A stretch of 64,000 nt of DNA, from NCBI GenBank assembly GCA_032654565.1, contig JAULAX010000009.1:256001-320000 (forward strand), in the 5' to 3' direction. This DNA is from Anaeromyxobacteraceae bacterium (GTDB lineage Bacteria > Myxococcota > Myxococcia > Myxococcales > Anaeromyxobacteraceae). Positions 59,008 to 64,000 of this stretch are shown piece by piece. The notes under the pieces were generated by a model. It had not been told where the DNA came from and ran no database searches. It saw only the letters and a list, made by a program, of their open reading frames with translations. How positions within the stretch are numbered: position 1 is the stretch's first letter; each line of letters opens with the position of its first letter. Position numbers and translations under genes: made by a program.

Positions 59008-59546
59008 CCGCCCCGCTCTCCACGGCGGAGCGCTCCGCCCTCCTGCAGCTGGCCCGCGCCGGCGTCGCCCACCGGCTCGGCGCCGGCCCGGCGCCGCACC
59101 TGCCCGCCGACCCGCCCCTCCAGGCCGCCCGCGCCGCCTTCGTCACCCTGCTCGTCGGCGGCGAGGTCCGGGCCAGCCTCGGGGCCCTGGCGCCGGAGGG
59201 GCCGCTGGCGGCCACCGTGGCCCGGCTGGCCGCCCGGGCCGCCCTGGACGACCCGCGCCAGCCGCCGCTCACCCCGGCCGAGCTCCCCGGGCTCTCGATC
59301 CGGGTGGCGGTGCTCGGCCCGCTGCGACCGCTCTCGGCCGGCCCGCCGCGCCCCGGCCTGGACGGCGCCGCGGTGACGCGGGGCTGGCACCGGGGGCTGC
59401 TGCTCCCGTCGGCGGCCGCCGGGAAGGATTGGCCCCCCGAGACGTTCATCAAGCACGCGTGCCTCGCGGCCGGCCTGCCGGCCCGCGCGCACCTCGAGCC
59501 GGATGCCCGGGTCGAGATCTTCGAGGTCGAGGAGTTCAGCGAGTGA
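59004..59546 (+). CDS. AMMECR1-domain (AmmeMemoRadiSam protein A-like) protein, divergent
   Basis: LLQLAR, AFVTL, DPR, GLLLPS, CLAAGLP, IFEVEEF. Confidence 0.75.
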   Translation: MTAPLSTAERSALLQLARAGVAHRLGAGPAPHLPADPPLQAARAAFVTLLVGGEVRASLGALAPEGPLAATVARLAARAALDDPRQPPLTPAELPGLSIRVAVLGPLRPLSAGPPRPGLDGAAVTRGWHRGLLLPSAAAGKDWPPETFIKHACLAAGLPARAHLEPDARVEIFEVEEFSE

Positions 59547-60592
59547 TCACTGCACTGTCCATCATCGCCGCCATCCTGGCGGTCTCCGGCCTGATCGTCC
59601 TCCACGAGGCCGGCCACATGTGGGTGGCCCGCTGGCTGGGGATGCGCATCGAGCGGTTCAGCGTCGGCTTCGGGCCGGTGCTCTGGTCGACCACCCGGGG
59701 CGGGACCGAGTACGCGGTCTCGGCGCTGCCGCTCGGCGGCTACGTCAAGATCGCCGGCATGACCGCCAGCGACGAGGTCGCCCCCGGCGATCCCACCGCC
59801 TTCTGCAACAAGCCGGCGTGGCGCCGGGTGCTGGTGCTGGCGGCCGGGCCAGGCGCCAACTACCTGGCGGCGGTGGTGCTGGCGGTGGGGCTGCTGGCCT
59901 CGGTGGGGCTGCCCGCCCCCGACGGCTCCTCCCGCGTCGGCGACCTGACCCCGGGCATGCCGGGCGCGCCGGCCGGCCTGGAGACCGGCGACCGGATCGT
60001 CGCCGTCGACGGCAAGCCCATGGGCGACTGGTACGCGCTGGTGGCCGAGCTGCAGCGCCACCCCGGGCAGGAGGTCGAGCTCACCATCGAGCGCGGCGAG
60101 CCGGCCCGCCGGCAGCCGCTCCGGCTCACACCCAGGAACGACGGCGGCGTGGGCCGGGTCGGCTTCCGGCCCTTCACGGTGCGCCGGCAGCTCGGCCCCG
60201 TCGACGCGCTGGTGGAGGGCTTCGCGGCCACCAACGCCCGGGCCTGGGACAACCTGGTGGGGCTGGCGCAGGTGGTGAAGCGGGAGCAGAAGGCCGAGCT
60301 GTCCGGCCCCATCGGCATCGGCCAGGAGCTGGTGCGCGGGGCCAGGCTGGGGGTCGATCGCTTCCTCACCATCGTCTGGAACGTCTCCATCGCCCTGGCG
60401 CTGCTCAACCTGCTGCCGCTGCCGGCCCTCGACGGCGGCCGCCTGGTCTTCATCGCCATCGAGGTGGTGACCCGCCGGCGGGTCAGCGAGCGGATCGAGG
60501 GGATCGTCCACGGCATCGGCTTCGCCGCGCTCCTGCTGCTGCTGGTGGGGGTCACCATCTTCGGCGACCTGGCCCGGATGCTGGGCAAGTAG
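59543..60592 (+). CDS. rseP: M50-family intramembrane metalloprotease with PDZ domain
   Basis: HEAGH, FSVGFGP, PLGGYV, AGPGAN, NLLPLPALDGG; GTG at 59543. Confidence 0.92.
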   Translation: MITALSIIAAILAVSGLIVLHEAGHMWVARWLGMRIERFSVGFGPVLWSTTRGGTEYAVSALPLGGYVKIAGMTASDEVAPGDPTAFCNKPAWRRVLVLAAGPGANYLAAVVLAVGLLASVGLPAPDGSSRVGDLTPGMPGAPAGLETGDRIVAVDGKPMGDWYALVAELQRHPGQEVELTIERGEPARRQPLRLTPRNDGGVGRVGFRPFTVRRQLGPVDALVEGFAATNARAWDNLVGLAQVVKREQKAELSGPIGIGQELVRGARLGVDRFLTIVWNVSIALALLNLLPLPALDGGRLVFIAIEVVTRRRVSERIEGIVHGIGFAALLLLLVGVTIFGDLARMLGK

Positions 60593-60669
60593 CGCCGGCC
60601 GGGCGCGTCCCGCCTGCCGGGCGGGCTGGCGGGCTGGGCGCCGCCGCCGCCGCCCGTTAGGATGACCCC

Positions 60670-61317
60670 ATGCCGGTGACCGTCCTCTACTTCGCCGCGG
60701 CGCGCGACGCCGCCGGCGCCGTCCACGAAGCGCTCGACCCGGTCCCCCCCACGGTGGGCGACCTGCGCCGCCTCCTCCTCGAGCGCCGCCCCGGGCTCGG
60801 GCCGGTGCTGGCGAGGAGCCGGGTGGCCGTCGACGGCCGCTTCGCCGGCGACGAGTCAGCGCTCCACGACGGCGCCGAGGTGGCCATCATCCCCCCGGTG
60901 GCCGGGGGGGCGCCGGCCTGCGCCGTGGTCGACCGGCCGCTCCGGCTCGACGAGGTGGTCGAGGCGGTCTCCTCGACCGGGCTCGGCGGCCTGGTCACCT
61001 TCACCGGGGTGGTCCGCGACAGCTCCCACGGCCGGCGCGTCGAGCGGCTGGAGTACCAGGCCTACCAGGGCATGGCCGAGCAGGCCCTGGCCCGGATCGC
61101 CGAGGAGGTGGGGGCCCGCCACGGCTGCCGGGCGGCGGTGATCCACCGCGTCGGGGTGCTCCAGCCCGGCGAGGCGGCGGTGGTCATCGCCTGCGCCGCG
61201 CCCCACCGGGCGGCGGCCTTCCAGGCCTGCCAGGAGGTGCTGGAGCGGCTCAAGGCGGAGGTCCCCATCTGGAAGCGGGAGGTCTTCAGCGACGGCGCCC
61301 AGTGGGTGGGGATGTGA
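60670..61317 (+). CDS. moaE: Fused molybdopterin synthase MoaD-MoaE
   Basis: VLYFAAARD...IIPPVAGG (MoaD) then FTGVVRD, HRVG, HRAAAF, VPIWKRE (MoaE). Confidence 0.92.
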   Translation: MPVTVLYFAAARDAAGAVHEALDPVPPTVGDLRRLLLERRPGLGPVLARSRVAVDGRFAGDESALHDGAEVAIIPPVAGGAPACAVVDRPLRLDEVVEAVSSTGLGGLVTFTGVVRDSSHGRRVERLEYQAYQGMAEQALARIAEEVGARHGCRAAVIHRVGVLQPGEAAVVIACAAPHRAAAFQACQEVLERLKAEVPIWKREVFSDGAQWVGM

Positions 61318-61369
61318 GCGGGCGCCACCGACTCGCGGTCGAGGGGGGCTCGCGGTATCCTCGGCCGAT

Positions 61370-61744
61370 GTGGAGAGGCTCCCCCCGGTGAAGGTGCTCA
61401 TCGCCGATGACGATCGGCTGGTCCGGGCCATGCTGGGCGACCTGCTGGTCGAGCTCGGGCACCAGGTGATCGCCGCCCAGGACGGGGCCGAGGCCGTCAA
61501 GCTCTGCGACGGCGCCACCCCCGACCTGCTCATCCTCGACTTCCTCATGCCCCGCCTCTCCGGCCTCGACGCCCTGCTGGAGATCCGGCGGCGCCACGCG
61601 GTGCCGGCCCTGCTCCTCACCGCCATCAACCAGGGGAGCCTGCGCGGCGTCGAGGGGGTCGAGCAGGTGCAGGGGCTCCTGGAGAAGCCCTTCACCCGGA
61701 AGTCGCTGGAGCGGGCCATCCACGGGGCCGTGCCCGGTCGATGA
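61370..61744 (+). CDS. Single-domain response regulator
   Basis: LIADDD, ILDFLMP, LTA, EKPF. Confidence 0.88.
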   Translation: MERLPPVKVLIADDDRLVRAMLGDLLVELGHQVIAAQDGAEAVKLCDGATPDLLILDFLMPRLSGLDALLEIRRRHAVPALLLTAINQGSLRGVEGVEQVQGLLEKPFTRKSLERAIHGAVPGR

Positions 61745-62667
61745 ACCTCTTCCGCATCCTCTTCCTGCTGCTGCTGCTGGCCGCGCTGACGCCGCTGCTG
61801 CTGCTGGTGCTGGTGCTCCGCGCCAACGGGGTGGACGTGGTCCCCCCGTCGCTGGCCGCCGGGGGCGCGGCGGTGCTGCTGGCGCTGCTCATCTCCATGG
61901 TGCTGGCCCGGCGGGTCACCACGCCGCTCGACGCGCTGGTGCACGGCGCCCTCGACATCGCCCGCGGCCGCTTCGGCCACCAGGTGCCCCACACCGGCCG
62001 GACCGAGCTGAGCGACCTGGCCTACACCTTCAACTTCATGTCGAGCCAGCTGGCGCAGTACGACAAGGACAACGCCCGGCTCTACGCGGCGCTGGAGCGC
62101 GGCTACCTGGAGACCATCCGGGCGCTGGCCTCGGCCATCGACGCCAAGGACCCGTACACCCGGGGCCACTCCGAGCGGGTGGCCAAGCTGGCGGTGGAGA
62201 TCGGGCGGGAGCTTCAGCTCGACGACGCCACCCTCCGCATCCTCGAGTTCGGCGGCATCCTCCACGACGTCGGCAAGATCGGCATCCCCGAGACGGTGCT
62301 GGGCAAGCCGGCCCGGCTCACCCCCGAGGAGTTCAAGGTGGTCCGCAGCCACGCCGCCATCGGCGCCGAGATCGTCGAGGGAGTGGAGTTCCTCAAGGGC
62401 GCCGAGCCGGCCATCCGCCACCACCACGAGCGGTGGGACGGGCGGGGCTACCCCGACGGCCTGGCCGGCGACGCCATCCCGCTCATCGCCCGCATCGTCA
62501 ACGCCGCCGACACCTGGGACGCCTGCACCTCGGAGCGCCCGTACCACCAGGCGGCCACGGTCGAGGAGGGGATCTCCATCCTCGCCGAGAGCCGGGGGGC
62601 GCAGCTCGACCCGGTGGTCCACGACGCCATCCTCCGGGCCCTGACCAGGCTGGGACACCTCCACTGA
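61741..62667 (+). CDS. Membrane HAMP + HD-GYP phosphodiesterase
   Basis: Two TM, HAMP, KDPYTRGHSERV, LHDVGK, HHERWDGRGYP. Confidence 0.92.
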   Translation: MNLFRILFLLLLLAALTPLLLLVLVLRANGVDVVPPSLAAGGAAVLLALLISMVLARRVTTPLDALVHGALDIARGRFGHQVPHTGRTELSDLAYTFNFMSSQLAQYDKDNARLYAALERGYLETIRALASAIDAKDPYTRGHSERVAKLAVEIGRELQLDDATLRILEFGGILHDVGKIGIPETVLGKPARLTPEEFKVVRSHAAIGAEIVEGVEFLKGAEPAIRHHHERWDGRGYPDGLAGDAIPLIARIVNAADTWDACTSERPYHQAATVEEGISILAESRGAQLDPVVHDAILRALTRLGHLH

Positions 62668-62675
62668 GCCGTCGC

Positions 62676-63305
62676 GTGACCCGCCTCGCCATCCTCGACC
62701 TCGACGGCACCCTGCTCGACACGCTCGACGACCTGGCCGGCTCGGTCAACGCCGCGCTGGCCGCGGTCGGCCTGCCGCCCCGGCAGCGGCCGGAGATCGA
62801 GCGCTTCGTCGGCGAGGGGGCCCGGGTGCTGCTGGCCCGGGCGGTGGCGCCCCACCACCAGCTCCTCGAGCCGGCCCTGGCCGCCTGGTGGGGCCACTAC
62901 CGGGCCCACTGCCTCGACGGGACCCGCCCCTTCCCCGGCATCCCCGCCCTGCTCACCCGCAGCGGGCGCCGCCTGGCCGTCCACACCAACAAGCCCGGCG
63001 CGCTGGCCCGCCAGATCCTCGCCGGCCTCGGCCTGCGGGACCGCTTCGCCGTGGTCACCGGGGGCGACGAGGGGCCGCGCAAGCCCCACCCCGGCGCCAC
63101 CCTGGCCATCATGCGGCGGCTGGGGGCCCGGCCGGCCGACACCGTCTTCATCGGCGACAGCCCCACCGACGTGCGGACGGCGCGCGCCGCCGGGGTCCGC
63201 ATGGTGGGGGTCTCCTGGGGCTTCCGGCCGGAGGCCGAGCTGCGGGCGGCCGGCGCGGTGACCGTGGTCAGCCGCGTGGCGGAGCTGGCGCCGTGGCTGG
63301 CGTGA
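62676..63305 (+). CDS. gph: HAD-family hydrolase (phosphoglycolate phosphatase-like)
   Basis: DLDGTLLD, TNK, KPHP, IGDS; GTG at 62676. Confidence 0.85.
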   Translation: MTRLAILDLDGTLLDTLDDLAGSVNAALAAVGLPPRQRPEIERFVGEGARVLLARAVAPHHQLLEPALAAWWGHYRAHCLDGTRPFPGIPALLTRSGRRLAVHTNKPGALARQILAGLGLRDRFAVVTGGDEGPRKPHPGATLAIMRRLGARPADTVFIGDSPTDVRTARAAGVRMVGVSWGFRPEAELRAAGAVTVVSRVAELAPWLA

Positions 63306-63397
63306 GGCGCGGCGGCCGGGGGCGCGGGGGCGGCGGACGCGGCGGCGCCCCCGGACGGAAACTGGCCCGCCCGTCGGGGCCGAAATACCTTGCCCCC

Positions 63398-63733
63398 ATG
63401 CTGAAGGCGCTGAAGCTGCTGGTGCTGGTCGGGCTGGTCGCCGGCCTCCTCTTCCTGCTCCCCTTCGGCGGCCGCACCCTCTTCGACCGCTGGCGGGCGG
63501 CCCGCGGCCCCGGCGACTTCGCGGCCCGCACCTGGGCCGAGATGCGCGGCGGCCCGGTCCCCCCGGACCCGGCCCCGCCGCCAACCGCCCGGAAGGCGAA
63601 GCCGGCCAAGCCCGCGGCGGCCGGGGAGCCGCCGCCCGGCGCCGACCAGCCGCTGGAGACCACCACCGACGCCGAGCGCAAGTCGCTCGACAAGCTGCTC
63701 GACCAGCACCTCTCCGAGAAGCCCAAGCGCTGA
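63398..63733 (+). CDS. Small membrane-anchored hypothetical protein
   Basis: N-terminal hydrophobic helix, Pro-rich linker, ERKSLDKLL tail. Confidence 0.7.
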   Translation: MLKALKLLVLVGLVAGLLFLLPFGGRTLFDRWRAARGPGDFAARTWAEMRGGPVPPDPAPPPTARKAKPAKPAAAGEPPPGADQPLETTTDAERKSLDKLLDQHLSEKPKR

Positions 63734-63799
63734 AACGGCGGGCGCTTCCGGCCGGTTCGGGGTTGCCATCGGAGCCGGGCTCGCGGTACACACCCCGCC

Positions 63800-64000
63800 A
63801 TGCCCGAGACCAAGAAGAAGAACCTCAAGAAGCCCCCGCAGGCGAAGAGCAACGGCAAGAAGACCTGCAAGGTCGAGGGCTGCAAGCGCGCCTACCGCGC
63901 CAAGACGTTCTGCTTCTTCCACTTCAAGAAGTGGCGCGCCGGCGAGATGGAGTCGAAGCCGGCCCGGTACAAGACCTGCTCCAAGCCCGACTGCAAGAAG
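63800..64000 (+). CDS. Basic Cys/His-motif protein resembling myxobacterial 'vegetative protein' (partial)
   Basis: MPETKKKNLKK...TCKVEGCKRAYRAKTFCFFHFKKWR...YKTCSKPDCKK; open to window end. Confidence 0.7.
   Translation, partial: MPETKKKNLKKPPQAKSNGKKTCKVEGCKRAYRAKTFCFFHFKKWRAGEMESKPARYKTCSKPDCKK

Overview
Very GC-rich bacterial DNA whose gene content points to Myxococcota, probably Anaeromyxobacter-like (inference from protein families, not a database hit). The core backbone has tRNA-Glu/tRNA-Gln, a fumarase/aspartase, clpS-clpA, hrpB, sucAB, a tricorn protease, and an rseP/moaDE/HD-GYP/HAD region. Accessory blocks are interspersed: a 4.2-9.8 kb cluster (BON protein, lipoprotein, Ig-repeat ice-binding-domain lipoprotein, a secreted double-glycine peptide with a C39-type peptidase, a degenerate REC-cyclase), a CzcCBA-type RND pump with a two-component system, a Cys-rich repeat lipoprotein, a stand-alone HNH endonuclease with long non-coding flanks, an MgtE-cytosolic-domain/NRAMP-like pair, and a HipBA-type toxin-antitoxin module. 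The best candidate for an undescribed system is the two-gene unit at 7814-8691. It encodes a Sec-exported precursor with a GG site and a 23-aa hydrophobic tail, plus a lipoprotein C39 peptidase with no ABC transporter. It appears to share a palindromic enhancer and back-to-back sigma54-type promoters with the ice-binding-domain gene. A window-wide leaderless-mRNA signature is also visible. No CRISPR array, rRNA, integrase or transposase was seen. All family calls are by eye from motifs.
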